Under the pieces are notes generated by a model, which made no database searches, was not told where the DNA came from, and worked only from the letters and a program-made list of their open reading frames with translations. DNA of 64,000 bases from Acidobacteriota bacterium (GTDB lineage: Bacteria > Acidobacteriota > Thermoanaerobaculia > Multivoradales > Multivoraceae): NCBI GenBank assembly GCA_036337765.1, contig JAYZDP010000139.1, positions 13,923 to 77,922 on the forward strand. The letters run 5' to 3'. This document shows positions 19,673-29,676 of the stretch, one piece after another. A program made the position numbers and the translations under genes. How positions within the stretch are numbered: position 1 is the first letter of the stretch; each line of letters begins with the position of its first letter.

Positions 19673-20203
19673 ATGCGCTTTACATCGACCGAGATCTCCG
19701 ACGTCTACGCCGTCGAGATCGACCCGATCGAGGATCCTCGGGGATCGTTCGCGCGTAGCTTTTGCGCTCGGGAGTTCGAAGACCTCGGCCTCGACCCCTG
19801 CGTGGCTCAGTGCAACGTGTCGTTCAACCTCCGGCGCGGGACGCTGCGAGGAATGCACTACCAGATCGCCCCCCACGAGGAGGCGAAACTGGTCCGCGTC
19901 ACCCGAGGCTCCGTCTACGACGTCGTCGTCGATCTACGCCCCGAGTCACCGACCTTTCGCCGCTGGGTCTCGGCTGAGCTGCGATCCGACCTCGGCAACG
20001 CCCTCTACGCGCCGAAGGGTGTCGCACACGGGTTTCAGACTCTCGAAGACGACACCGAAGTCTTCTACCAGATGTCGTACCCCTACCACCCCGACGCCGG
20101 GCGTGGTGTCCGCTACGACGATCCCGCATTCGGTATCGATTGGCCGATCGGGGAGATCATCATCTCGGGCCGCGACCGGGCCTTCGAGCTCTTTGAGCCC
20201 TAG
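19673..20203 (+). CDS. rfbC: NDP-4-dehydro-6-deoxyhexose 3,5-epimerase (RmlC/RfbC family)
   Basis: DPRGSF, GTLRGMHYQ, AHGF and YDDPAFGIDWP motifs. Confidence 0.9.
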   Translation: MRFTSTEISDVYAVEIDPIEDPRGSFARSFCAREFEDLGLDPCVAQCNVSFNLRRGTLRGMHYQIAPHEEAKLVRVTRGSVYDVVVDLRPESPTFRRWVSAELRSDLGNALYAPKGVAHGFQTLEDDTEVFYQMSYPYHPDAGRGVRYDDPAFGIDWPIGEIIISGRDRAFELFEP

Positions 20204-21432
20204 AGGTGTACGCGCGGCTCGGGGATCGCGGTCAGGAAACGTCCGCCCCACTCCCGGATCACCGCCATCTGCTCGGTGATCTCGTCGACGAGATTCCACG
20301 GCAGGATGAACAGCCAGTCGGGCCGGGTCTCGAGCACTGCCTCGGGCGAGCGCACCGGGATGACCGAGCCGGGAAGGAAGCGACCTTGTTTTTCGGGATT
20401 GCGGTCCACGGCGTAGTCGATGAAGTCAACGCCAATGCCGCAGTAGTTCAGGAGCGTGTTGCCCTTCGCGGCGGCTCCGTAGGCGACGATCGTCTCTCCA
20501 CGGTCTCGGATCGCAACCAGCTCGGCCAAGAGCTTGCGCTTGGTCTCGGCCACGCGCTCACCGAAGCCCCTGTAGCCATCGAGAGAGTCGAGCCCCGCGG
20601 CAGCCTCCGCGGCCTCGAGCGCCGCTACACTCTCGGCGGCCGGATGCCCGCTGGCGCTGTGGCAGGCGAACACCCTCAGCGAGCCACCGTGGGTCGGTAG
20701 CTCCTGGACATCGAAGACCCTGAGCCCTTGCGCCTCGAGCACCTGCTTCACCGTGCCCAGCGAGAGGTAGGAGAAATGCTCGTGGTAGATCGTGTCGAAC
20801 TGGTTTTCTTCGATCAGGCGCGCGAGGTGCGGAAACTCCAGCGTGAGTACGCCTTGGGGGCCGAGGACGATCCCGAGCCCGGCGACGAAGTCGTTGAGGT
20901 CGGGAACGTGAGCCAGGACGTTGTTGCCGAGGAGCAGATCGGCCGTGCGTCCCTCCTCAGCCAGGCCGCTGGCACATGCACTTCCGAAGAACTCGACCCG
21001 AGTCGGAACCCCGTCGGCAACGGCAGCAGCCGCCACGTTTGAGGCCGGCTCGATGCCGAGCACGGGCACACCGCGTTTCTGGAAGAAGCGCAACAGACAG
21101 CCGTCGTTGCTGGCGACCTCGATCACCAGGCTCGCCTCGTCGAGCTCGAGCCGCTCGCACATCTGCCCGGCATAGGCCTCCACATGACGGAGCCAGGTGT
21201 CGGAGTAGCCCGAGAAGTAGGCATAGTCGGAAAAGATGTGCTCAGGGCTCGCGAACTCCGGAAGCTGCACCAGAAAGCACCGCTGGCACACGTAGACCCG
21301 CAGCGGCCAGGTCGGCTCCATGTCGAGCAGCTCGTCCTCGCGCCGAAACGAGTTGGCCAGCGGAGACATCCCGAGGTCTACGAGCACGTGCTCGAGCTGC
21401 GCCCCGCAGAACCGGCAGCCGAGCTGCTTCAC
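20200..21432 (-). CDS. NDP-hexose C-methyltransferase
   Basis: CRFC...CQRC zinc motif; EVASNDG; FDTIYHEH; YGAAAKGNTLLNYC. Confidence 0.9.
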   Translation of the reverse strand: MKQLGCRFCGAQLEHVLVDLGMSPLANSFRREDELLDMEPTWPLRVYVCQRCFLVQLPEFASPEHIFSDYAYFSGYSDTWLRHVEAYAGQMCERLELDEASLVIEVASNDGCLLRFFQKRGVPVLGIEPASNVAAAAVADGVPTRVEFFGSACASGLAEEGRTADLLLGNNVLAHVPDLNDFVAGLGIVLGPQGVLTLEFPHLARLIEENQFDTIYHEHFSYLSLGTVKQVLEAQGLRVFDVQELPTHGGSLRVFACHSASGHPAAESVAALEAAEAAAGLDSLDGYRGFGERVAETKRKLLAELVAIRDRGETIVAYGAAAKGNTLLNYCGIGVDFIDYAVDRNPEKQGRFLPGSVIPVRSPEAVLETRPDWLFILPWNLVDEITEQMAVIREWGGRFLTAIPEPRVHL

Positions 21433-22508
21433 GTCAGACCAACCAAGTCTTCGTAGCGCAACAGCTGCGTCTCGGTCAGGGTCCGCGCATCCGCGCCGTC
21501 GCGAAACTCCCGGTACCACTCGACGGTCCAGCGCAGCGTGTCCTCGATCTCGAGCCGCGGCTCCCAGCCGAGAGACTCGCGAGCCTTGGCGCTGTCGAGC
21601 TGTAGTAGCTGCGCCTCGTGCGGGTTGGGATTCGAGTCCAGGGCCCAGTCGATCGGCTGTCCCCAGATCGACGAGAAGCTGTCGCAGATCGAGCGCACCG
21701 ACTCGCCGCCCTCCGACGGTCCGAAGTTCCAGGCGCTGCGGGCGGTCATGTCACCTGCGCAGAGGCGTTCGACCAGGCTCAGATAGCCCCACAGCGGCTC
21801 GACGACATGCTGCCAGGGGCGAATCGCATCCGGATTGCGGATGCGAGCCGGCTCGTTGCCCAGCGCTGCGCGAACGATGTCGGGAACCAGGCGGTCCGCG
21901 CCCCAGTCTCCGCCGCCAACGACGTTGCCGGCTCGCGCCGTGGCAAGCGCCGCGTGCTCCGGTGCCGCCAGGAACGACTCGCGGTAGGCAGAGGTGACGA
22001 GCTCCGCGCAGGCCTTGCTGCTCGAATAGGGATCGCGACCGCCAAGGCGATCCGACTCACGATAGCCCCGTGTCTGCTCGCGGTTCTCGTAGCACTTATC
22101 GCTAGTCACCACGACCGCAGCGACCACGGAATCGGTCTTGTGAACCAGCTCGAGAACCTGGGCCGTTCCCACGACATTCGTAGTGAAGGTCTCGACCGGG
22201 TCGCGGTAGCTCTCACGTACCAACGCCTGGGCCGCGAGATGAAGCACTACCTCGGGCTGCGTACGGGTGAAGACCTCACCGAGCCGCTCGGCGTCGCGCA
22301 CATCGCCGATCACCGAGTCGGTTACTTCCGCGACCCGCGCATCGGCAAACAGCGACGGCGAGGAGGGCTCCAGCGCGTAGCCGGTGACCCGAGCTCCGAG
22401 GCGCGCCAACCATAGGGCCAACCAGCTTCCCTTGAAGCCAGTGTGGCCGGTTACAAGGACTCGCCTGCCGGTCCAGAAGGATCTCTCCGGGATCAGAGAC
22501 TTACCCAT
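21429..22508 (-). CDS. rfbG: CDP-glucose 4,6-dehydratase
   Basis: TGHTGFKGSWL, TSDKCY, DPYSSSK and RPWQHV motifs. Confidence 0.92.
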   Translation of the reverse strand: MGKSLIPERSFWTGRRVLVTGHTGFKGSWLALWLARLGARVTGYALEPSSPSLFADARVAEVTDSVIGDVRDAERLGEVFTRTQPEVVLHLAAQALVRESYRDPVETFTTNVVGTAQVLELVHKTDSVVAAVVVTSDKCYENREQTRGYRESDRLGGRDPYSSSKACAELVTSAYRESFLAAPEHAALATARAGNVVGGGDWGADRLVPDIVRAALGNEPARIRNPDAIRPWQHVVEPLWGYLSLVERLCAGDMTARSAWNFGPSEGGESVRSICDSFSSIWGQPIDWALDSNPNPHEAQLLQLDSAKARESLGWEPRLEIEDTLRWTVEWYREFRDGADARTLTETQLLRYEDLVGLT

Positions 22509-22905
22509 TCGTCGAACTCGGCCCGCGCGGCGATCCATCGCCGAATCGAGTCGAGTTGTTCCGGGGTGAGTGGGTCGCCCTCGGCCGGCATGATGTCGAG
22601 ATCGTCGGCCGGCAGGCTGGGGCGCACGAACATCGGGCTCCTGTCGGGCTCTTGTCGGGATCGGCGGGGACGACGATCTTGCCCATGTCGCCGCCCTTGA
22701 GGATGCGCTCCTTGGAGTCGAGACACAGCTCGCCGAACGAGTCGACCGGGCCGTGGCAGACGACGCAGTTGTCCATCAGGATCGGCCAGACGTCTTTCTC
22801 GAAGTCCATCGGATCCTGAGCGACCGTCGATGACGGTGCAGCCACGAGCAAGATGCCGGTCAGGGCAGCGGCGGCGAGGGTGAAGTAGGTGGCTTTGTTC
22901 TTCAT
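22493..22905 (-). pseudogene. Planctomycete-type cytochrome c domain protein, frameshifted
   Basis: Signal peptide and CVVCHG lie in one frame, and MP...LTPEQLDSIRRWI in another. An 11-bp near-tandem duplication sits at 22638-22659. Confidence 0.75.
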
Positions 22906-23009
22906 CCAGAGCTCCAGCGTGACCAGAATCTCCCCAATCCGACTCCGGCTGGCGACACTAGCAAACAAGGTACACGCACAAGGCCGGGAATGCCACAATG
23001 CACCCCCCC

Positions 23010-23831
23010 ATGACCGCCCCCGCACTGCCGAGGCTTCTCGCCTTCGACCTCGACGGCACTCTGTTGCCCGCCGACAAGCAAATCACACGGCACACGCGCG
23101 CCGTGTTGGAGCGCATCCGTGAGCTCGGCACACAGATCACTCTGGCGACCGGTAAGTTCCACCACCTGACCGTCGGTCACGGCGACGAGCTCGACCTCGA
23201 CACTCCCCTGATTTCGCTCGACGGCGCCTGTATCGGCAATCGGGATCATCCGGAGCGCAAGCGCGGCATCCCGGCCGAGGTGACGCGCGACGCCCTCGGT
23301 CGCTACCAGGGACTCTGCCAGCACGCCTTCGCCGACGACGGCGAGGACCGGATGCTGCTGCGCTCAACTGACGGCGACCACTTCCGTCACGTCACGCGTT
23401 TCTGGGCCGACGACTTCCGCCACGTCGACGATCTTGCCGAGGCGGTGCGCGCCGATTCCGCGATCGTCACCTTCTACGGCGACGAAGAGCCAATGCGAGA
23501 GATCGCCGACGACATCCGCGGCCAGCACCCCCGACTACGAGTAACCGAGTATGCGTCCAATCTGGTGGCCAGCTACCGGGTGTCGATCCAGCCCGATAGC
23601 ACCCACAAGGGCTCCGGCGTGCTCGACGCGGCCGAGATGCTCGGCATCGATGCCAGCGAGGTGATGGTCTTTGGCGACTGGCTCAACGACCTGCCGATGT
23701 TCGGCGTCGGCGCGATCGGCGTGGCGATGTCGAACGCCATGCCCGAGGTGCTCAAAGTGGCAGACTATGTCACCGACCGCACCTGCGAAGAGGACGGCAT
23801 CGCCGACTTCCTCGAACGCAACTATCTTTAG
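23010..23831 (+). CDS. Cof-type HAD hydrolase
   Basis: FDLDGTLL, LATG, HKG and FGDWLNDLPMF motifs. Confidence 0.9.
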   Translation: MTAPALPRLLAFDLDGTLLPADKQITRHTRAVLERIRELGTQITLATGKFHHLTVGHGDELDLDTPLISLDGACIGNRDHPERKRGIPAEVTRDALGRYQGLCQHAFADDGEDRMLLRSTDGDHFRHVTRFWADDFRHVDDLAEAVRADSAIVTFYGDEEPMREIADDIRGQHPRLRVTEYASNLVASYRVSIQPDSTHKGSGVLDAAEMLGIDASEVMVFGDWLNDLPMFGVGAIGVAMSNAMPEVLKVADYVTDRTCEEDGIADFLERNYL

Positions 23832-24718
23832 CTATGGAACGCCGGCAGGACTTGCTCGATGAAGGCCTCGAAGGCGTCGAAGTCGATAGGCGGACGAAAC
23901 GCCAGGTTGACCCCGCCCACGCCGACGTCGGCGTACTCGCCGAGCCTGTCGATGGCTTGCTGAGATGAGCCCGTCAGCGACCCCGCCACTAGGTGGGGTG
24001 GCGGCTCGCGGCCATCCATGTAAAAGCCGAGGTTGACGCTGGTCTCGATCTGCGCCGGATCGCGACCGATCGCCGCGCACTCGGCGGCCAGGGTCTCGAG
24101 CCGTCTACCTGCCATATCGGGCGGTACGTAGGGGAGGTTGTACCCATCGGCGTAGCGCGCCGCCATGCGCGGGGTGCGCTTCTTGCCACGACCGCCCACC
24201 CAGAGGCGCATGTTCGGGTTCAGCGGCTTGGGTCCGCACACCGCCTCGTGCAGCTCGTAGTACTCGCCCTGGAAGTTCGTCACCGGCTCGCGCCACAGCG
24301 ACGTCAGGACCTGCAGCGCCTCCTCGAGCTGATCGAGTCGCTTGCCCAGTGGCGGGAACCCGTAGCCGAAGTCGCGGAACTCCTCCTCGAACCAACCGGC
24401 GCCCACCCCGATCTCGGCACGCCCGCCCGAGAGGTGATCGATCGTCACGGCCGCCTTGGCGAGCACTCCAGGGCTGCGGAACAGAGCGCAGAACACCAGG
24501 CAGCCCACCCGCACGTTACGCGTCGCCCCGGCCAGCGCCGCCATCGAGGCCACCCCTTCGAAGCACGGATCCTCGCGGTCGCTCAGCGGGTTGGCGTAGA
24601 AGTGATCCCACACCGAAGCCCAGTGAAACCCCGCCTCGTCGGCGCGCCGCCAGACCCGCATCAGATCGTCCATCGACAGATCCTGCGGACCGGTGTGGAT
24701 TCCTATCTTCAGAGACAT
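23828..24718 (-). CDS. LLM-class (probably F420-dependent) oxidoreductase
   Basis: WDHFY, TIDHLSGGR, GAGW and LWVGG motifs. Confidence 0.88.
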   Translation of the reverse strand: MSLKIGIHTGPQDLSMDDLMRVWRRADEAGFHWASVWDHFYANPLSDREDPCFEGVASMAALAGATRNVRVGCLVFCALFRSPGVLAKAAVTIDHLSGGRAEIGVGAGWFEEEFRDFGYGFPPLGKRLDQLEEALQVLTSLWREPVTNFQGEYYELHEAVCGPKPLNPNMRLWVGGRGKKRTPRMAARYADGYNLPYVPPDMAGRRLETLAAECAAIGRDPAQIETSVNLGFYMDGREPPPHLVAGSLTGSSQQAIDRLGEYADVGVGGVNLAFRPPIDFDAFEAFIEQVLPAFHS

Positions 24719-24772
24719 CTCTCCTACCTCTGAGCCGTGCTCAGATTCGCCGAACCGAGTTCAGAGCCTGCT

Positions 24773-26104
24773 CTACGAAGCGCCTTTCGCGTCGAGAATC
24801 GCCTGGTAGGTCAGGCGCCGCGACAGTGTCCTGGTGTCGGCGCGGCCGTAGCCGTTGCCACCGAAGTGCTGGATCATGCCGACGAAGACCAGGTCCTCGA
24901 CCGGATCGATCCAAAACCAGGTACCAGCGGCGCCGCCCCAGTAGTACTCGCCTTTCGAGATGCCGTCGGCCTCCACCGGGTCGAGGATTACGGCGAAATC
25001 GAGACCGAAGCCGGTGCCAGGCGACTGCTCGATGCCACGCGGCATGTGGTCGCGGTGCATCAGATCGACGGTGAGCGGCGACAGGATGCGCACACCGTCC
25101 AGCTCGCCGCCGTTGAGCAGCATCTGACTGAAACGCATGTAGTCCATCGTCGTCCCTACGAGCCCGCCGCCACCTGACAGGAAATTCGGTGGGTCGAGGT
25201 AGTTACGACTGCCCCCGAAACCCTCCTGAGCGACGAGGTTGCCGTCCTCGTCGTGGGTGTAGACCGCCGAGAAGCGATCGGCCTTGTCCGCCGCGACGTG
25301 AAACGCCGTGTCGTCCATACCGAGCGGATCGAACAGCCGCTCCTGCAAGAACTCGTCGAAACGCTGGCCGGAGAGGACCTCGACCAGGTAGCCCTGAACG
25401 TCGACGGCGACACTGTAGTGCCACATCGAGCCCGGCTGCTGACGCAGCGGGATCTTGCCTAGCTTCCCGACCATGTCCTTGAGCGTCGAGTCGTTATCGA
25501 GGATGTTGGCTTCTTGGTACAGACTGTCGACCTGTGAGCGCGAGAAGATGCCGTAGCTCAGACCCGCGGTGTGGCTCATCAGCTCACGAATGGTCATCGG
25601 ATGGTCGGCATCCTCGACGATCGGCTGACCGTTGGGGCCTTCGCCGGCCGCGACCTTCAGGCCCTCGAACTCGGGGATGTACTTTTCGACCGGATCGCGC
25701 AGGCGAAACTTGCCCTCTTCGTAGAGGATCATCAGAGCGACGCCGGTGATCGGCTTCGACATCGAATAGATGCGAAAGATCGTGTCCTCGGCCATGGGCG
25801 TCTCTTCGGCGATGTTCTGGTGGCCGAAGGTGTCGAAGTGCACCAGCTTGCCGTGGCGCGAGATCGCGGTGGTGATGCCGGCCAGCTGACCGTCATCGAC
25901 CAAGCCCTGCATGGCCTCGGACAGACGCTCGAGACGCTCGCTGGACATTCCGGCGTCCTCTGGCGCGGCCACGGCCAGGTTGCGCGGACCGTAGTCGACA
26001 TCCGGGATGTCGGCACGGGTGACCCCCAGGTCGCAGCCGGAGGCGATCAGGGTGAGCGCGAGAATCGCGAGCAGCGGAAACAGACGAATCAGTTTGAACC
26101 TCAT
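24773..26104 (-). CDS. Serine hydrolase (beta-lactamase class C family) lipoprotein
   Basis: ASGC lipobox; SMSK, YS and WGGAAGT motifs. Confidence 0.9.
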   Translation of the reverse strand: MRFKLIRLFPLLAILALTLIASGCDLGVTRADIPDVDYGPRNLAVAAPEDAGMSSERLERLSEAMQGLVDDGQLAGITTAISRHGKLVHFDTFGHQNIAEETPMAEDTIFRIYSMSKPITGVALMILYEEGKFRLRDPVEKYIPEFEGLKVAAGEGPNGQPIVEDADHPMTIRELMSHTAGLSYGIFSRSQVDSLYQEANILDNDSTLKDMVGKLGKIPLRQQPGSMWHYSVAVDVQGYLVEVLSGQRFDEFLQERLFDPLGMDDTAFHVAADKADRFSAVYTHDEDGNLVAQEGFGGSRNYLDPPNFLSGGGGLVGTTMDYMRFSQMLLNGGELDGVRILSPLTVDLMHRDHMPRGIEQSPGTGFGLDFAVILDPVEADGISKGEYYWGGAAGTWFWIDPVEDLVFVGMIQHFGGNGYGRADTRTLSRRLTYQAILDAKGAS

Positions 26105-26185
26105 GGACAAGGCTCCCTCCCTTTCAGACGTGGGCGTTCGCGGAACGCCCATCCTACCTTGGGAGGCGACTGCCTTGGAGCTGGT

Positions 26186-26992
26186 CTAGCGACCCTTGAA
26201 ATCGGGGAGTCGCCGCTCCGACATCGCCTTGACGCCTTCCTTGAAGTCGTCGGTCTCGCGTAGCCAATCCTGCTCGACCAGCTCGTGGTCAGTAGCTAGC
26301 CGGATGCGATCGGCGAGGCCACGGCGCATGGTGCGCCGAATCGAGCGCACCGCGAGCGGGCCGGAGCTGGCGATCTCCTGGGCCAGCCAGCGCGCCTTGT
26401 CGCGCAGCTCGTCGGCGGCTACGAGGTAGTCACACAGCCCGATCTCGAGCGCCTCGTCACCCTTGATCCGACGGCCGGTGTACATCATCTCGAGCGCCTT
26501 CTGTTGGCCGACGATCGCCGGCAAGGTGACGGTCAGTCCGAATCCCTGATGGAAGCCGAGGCGCGCGAAGTTCGACGTGAAACGGGCTTCCGGGCTGGCG
26601 ACGCGGAGGTCGGCCGACAGCGCCAGGCCGAACCCGCCACCCACCGCCGCACCCTGAATGGCCGCCACCACGGGGGTCTGCGCGTCGAACACACGTACGC
26701 CCTCCTGGTAGAGGTGCCCCGAGCCCTCCCGGCTCTTCACCGCGCCGTCGGAGGTCGTCGTGCCGAGCTCGCGGTTGCCGCCGAGGTCCGCCCCGGCGCA
26801 GAAGTTCTTTCCCTGGGAGCACAGAACGATCGCCCGCGCGTCGCTCTCGCGATCGATGTCGAGATAGGCATCCGCGAGGGTGCGGATGAGGTTCACGTCG
26901 AAGAAATTGTGGGGTGGTCGCTGAATCTCGACGGTCGCGATGTGACCCTCGATTTCGACCGACAGGTCGTTGTAGTCGCCGAGCTGAGTCAT
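26186..26992 (-). CDS. Enoyl-CoA hydratase/isomerase family protein
   Basis: FCAGADL, GAAVGGG and DFKEG...F.GR motifs. Confidence 0.9.
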   Translation of the reverse strand: MTQLGDYNDLSVEIEGHIATVEIQRPPHNFFDVNLIRTLADAYLDIDRESDARAIVLCSQGKNFCAGADLGGNRELGTTTSDGAVKSREGSGHLYQEGVRVFDAQTPVVAAIQGAAVGGGFGLALSADLRVASPEARFTSNFARLGFHQGFGLTVTLPAIVGQQKALEMMYTGRRIKGDEALEIGLCDYLVAADELRDKARWLAQEIASSGPLAVRSIRRTMRRGLADRIRLATDHELVEQDWLRETDDFKEGVKAMSERRLPDFKGR

Positions 26993-27071
26993 CTATGTCC
27001 TCCTGAGGAACTCGCAAAGTCTAGCGTCAATCGACGGCGTGACTGCGCCTCTGCGCTCAACTTGCTCCTTT

Positions 27072-28922
27072 TTAGTCCAGGGGGTCTCCCATCTGACGCC
27101 TGTGCAGACGATAGAGCGCCGCATAGCCACCGTCGCTCGCCAACAGCTCCTCGTGCGTCCCGGACTCGACGATACGACCCTCCCCCATGACGAGGATGCG
27201 ATCGGCCATCCCGATAGTGCTGAAGCGGTGCGAGATTAGTAGCGTCGTGTGGCCTCGTGCCAGGTCGCGAAAGCGCGAGAACAGCTCGAACTCCGCGGCG
27301 GCGTCGAGGCTGGCGGTTGGCTCATCGAGGACCAAGAGCGACGCGTCACGCGCGAAGGCGCGGCCGAGAGCCAGATACTGCCACCGTCCTCCCGACAGGT
27401 CGTAGCCGCCGAACCTGCGGCCGATGAACGTGTCGTAACCATCGGGCATCTCCTCGATGATCCGCGCAATGCCCGCTTGGCGCGCCGCCTCCTCGACCCG
27501 GCTGCGGTCGGTGAGCAGCTTTCGCCAGTCGCCGTAGGCGATGTTGTCGGCCGCACTCGCCTCGTAGCGTCCGTAGTGCTGGAAGATGAAGGCGACCTGG
27601 GACCTGAGCTGATCGACCGCCAACTCTCGGATGTCGACGCCGTCGAAGCGGATTGCCCCTCGATCAGGATCGTAGAGGCGACACAGGAGCTTCACCAGGG
27701 TGGTCTTGCCGGAGCCGTTCTCGCCGACGAGCCCGGCGATCTCGCCCCGCGCAATCTGCATCGTCACCCCCCGCAGGGTGGCCTGCTCGGCTCCGGGATA
27801 GGTGAACCAGACGTCTTCGAACTCGATCGAGCCGACGTGGTCGAGGGGGCGAGGCTCCGGCGCATCGACCACCTTCGGCTCAAGAGCCAGGAACTCGATC
27901 AAGTTGGCGATGTGCAACGCGTTTTCGCGGGCGGAGGAGATCGACAGGATGGCCAGATCGACACTCTGGCGGAGCCGGCTAGAAACGGCGCCGAACACCG
28001 CGACGTCTCCCAGCGTCAGGACGCCCGCCACAACACGTTGCACGACGCGAAAGAAGAGCCCGAAGAAGACCAGGGTCATGGCTGCCCCGAACAACCAGCT
28101 GCCGAAGAACTCGCGACGATGCAGCAGCCGGTCGCGATCGCGGAACGACTCCATCAACTCGCGGAAGCGCAAGACGAGCTGCGGTGCGAGATCGAGCATC
28201 TTCGACTCTGCGACCGCGTCCCGATCCGTCAGGAGATTGACGAAGTAGGCGGTCCAGCGCAGCTTCGCGGTGCGCTCGTGGACCTCCCGGTAGCGCTGGG
28301 CGGCCAGACGCCACTTGAACACCACATACGGAAGCGCGAATGGCGCCACCAGCAGAGGCACGAGTGGCTCGATGACGGCCAGGATCCCGACCAGGGAAGC
28401 CAGCTGCAGTCCGTTCGTGCCGATCTCGATGGCGTTGTGGAGGAAGTGGGTGGCCCGCGCCGCCGTGTCCTGGCGCGCGCGCTCGAGGATGTCCTGATGT
28501 TTCGGGCTCTCGAAGAACTCGAGGTCGAGCGTGGCGGCGTGCACCAGGACGTCGCTGGTGATCCTCAGATTCAGCTCGTCCACCAGACGACGGTGGCAGA
28601 GCTGGGTCGCCGCTGGCGCCATGGCGTCGATCAGGCTCACCATGCAGCCGAGGGCCAGCCACATCACGATCGGTCGAAGGCTCGTCGTCTCGCCTGCCGT
28701 CAAGGCGACCGTGGCGTTGACCAAGCCCCGGGCAAACAGCGCCAGCCCGGCGGGCACCACCCCGCGCACGAGGGCGAGGAGCCCGATCGCGACGGTCAGG
28801 CTGGCACGCGTGCTCCAGGCCAGTGCGACGGTCCAGACCGTATACGCCCACAGCGACCGGAAGTCCATCCGCGAACCGTTGCCGTCATTGGCGCCTACGG
28901 CATTGATCGGGGCTCGGCTCAT
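27072..28922 (-). CDS. ABC exporter (fused TMD-NBD)
   Basis: TM region; GENGSGKT, LSGGRWQ, LDEPT and ISHR motifs. Confidence 0.9.
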   Translation of the reverse strand: MSRAPINAVGANDGNGSRMDFRSLWAYTVWTVALAWSTRASLTVAIGLLALVRGVVPAGLALFARGLVNATVALTAGETTSLRPIVMWLALGCMVSLIDAMAPAATQLCHRRLVDELNLRITSDVLVHAATLDLEFFESPKHQDILERARQDTAARATHFLHNAIEIGTNGLQLASLVGILAVIEPLVPLLVAPFALPYVVFKWRLAAQRYREVHERTAKLRWTAYFVNLLTDRDAVAESKMLDLAPQLVLRFRELMESFRDRDRLLHRREFFGSWLFGAAMTLVFFGLFFRVVQRVVAGVLTLGDVAVFGAVSSRLRQSVDLAILSISSARENALHIANLIEFLALEPKVVDAPEPRPLDHVGSIEFEDVWFTYPGAEQATLRGVTMQIARGEIAGLVGENGSGKTTLVKLLCRLYDPDRGAIRFDGVDIRELAVDQLRSQVAFIFQHYGRYEASAADNIAYGDWRKLLTDRSRVEEAARQAGIARIIEEMPDGYDTFIGRRFGGYDLSGGRWQYLALGRAFARDASLLVLDEPTASLDAAAEFELFSRFRDLARGHTTLLISHRFSTIGMADRILVMGEGRIVESGTHEELLASDGGYAALYRLHRRQMGDPLD

Positions 28923-29022
28923 TGGACGACAACGCCCACCAGCCGGGCGAGGGGACTAATGCATACGGTTACGGCCAGGATGCCCCCGAGGCCAACGCTA
29001 TACTGAGTAGACGCGCACAACA

Positions 29023-29638
29023 ATGCAACCCTTCGCCCTCCTTCTAGTCGGAATGCTGACCCCCGCGACCGCTATGGCGGGCGACAGCACTTGCACCGAC
29101 TGCCACCGGTCGAACCCCGACCTGCCCTCCCACCCCCACATCGAGGACTGGCAAGCGTCCGTGCACGGGCACAACGAGGTCGGATGCGAACAGTGCCACG
29201 GCGGCGACGCGACAACCTTCCGCAAGTTCCTCGCCCACCGCGGCATGCTGCGGCCCGTCGATCCTCAGGGCCATCTGCAGGCGACTAACCTTCCAGCGAC
29301 CTGCGGCAAGTGTCACGCGGCCGCTTACAGGGCGTTCTCGACCAGCACCCACGGCGAGCTGGTCTCCGAGGGCGACAACCAGGTGCCGACCTGCACCAGC
29401 TGCCACGGCCCCTTGGCACTACAGGGCCTGGGGCCGAACGGACTGCAGGTGGCGAGTGCGCAAGGTGCGCGACCCGGCACGGCGCCACGACCTCGAGGCG
29501 GCGGTTCACGCCGCAACCGGTAGCCTTGCCGAGGCCATCGAGAACGGCCACGCAATGGATCTGACCGGAATGCTCGAAGAGAGCCGCGCCGCACAGACCG
29601 AGATCGACGAACTCCTGGCAGCCATCCCCAACCGTTGA
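29023..29638 (+). pseudogene. Multiheme cytochrome c, probably frameshifted or internally deleted near 29450
   Basis: Four CxxCH motifs, then low-complexity run-off. A helical C-terminus (LAEAIENGHAMDL) lies in the +1 frame at 29456-29638. Confidence 0.6.
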
Positions 29639-29676
29639 GCCCACTTCCGGCGTAGCCAACGCCGCCAAGAGCCTAC

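Noticed and set aside
27072-28922. ABC exporter as evidence of a RiPP/lasso cluster
   Set aside because: No precursor, PqqD-like protein, cyclase or radical SAM gene nearby.
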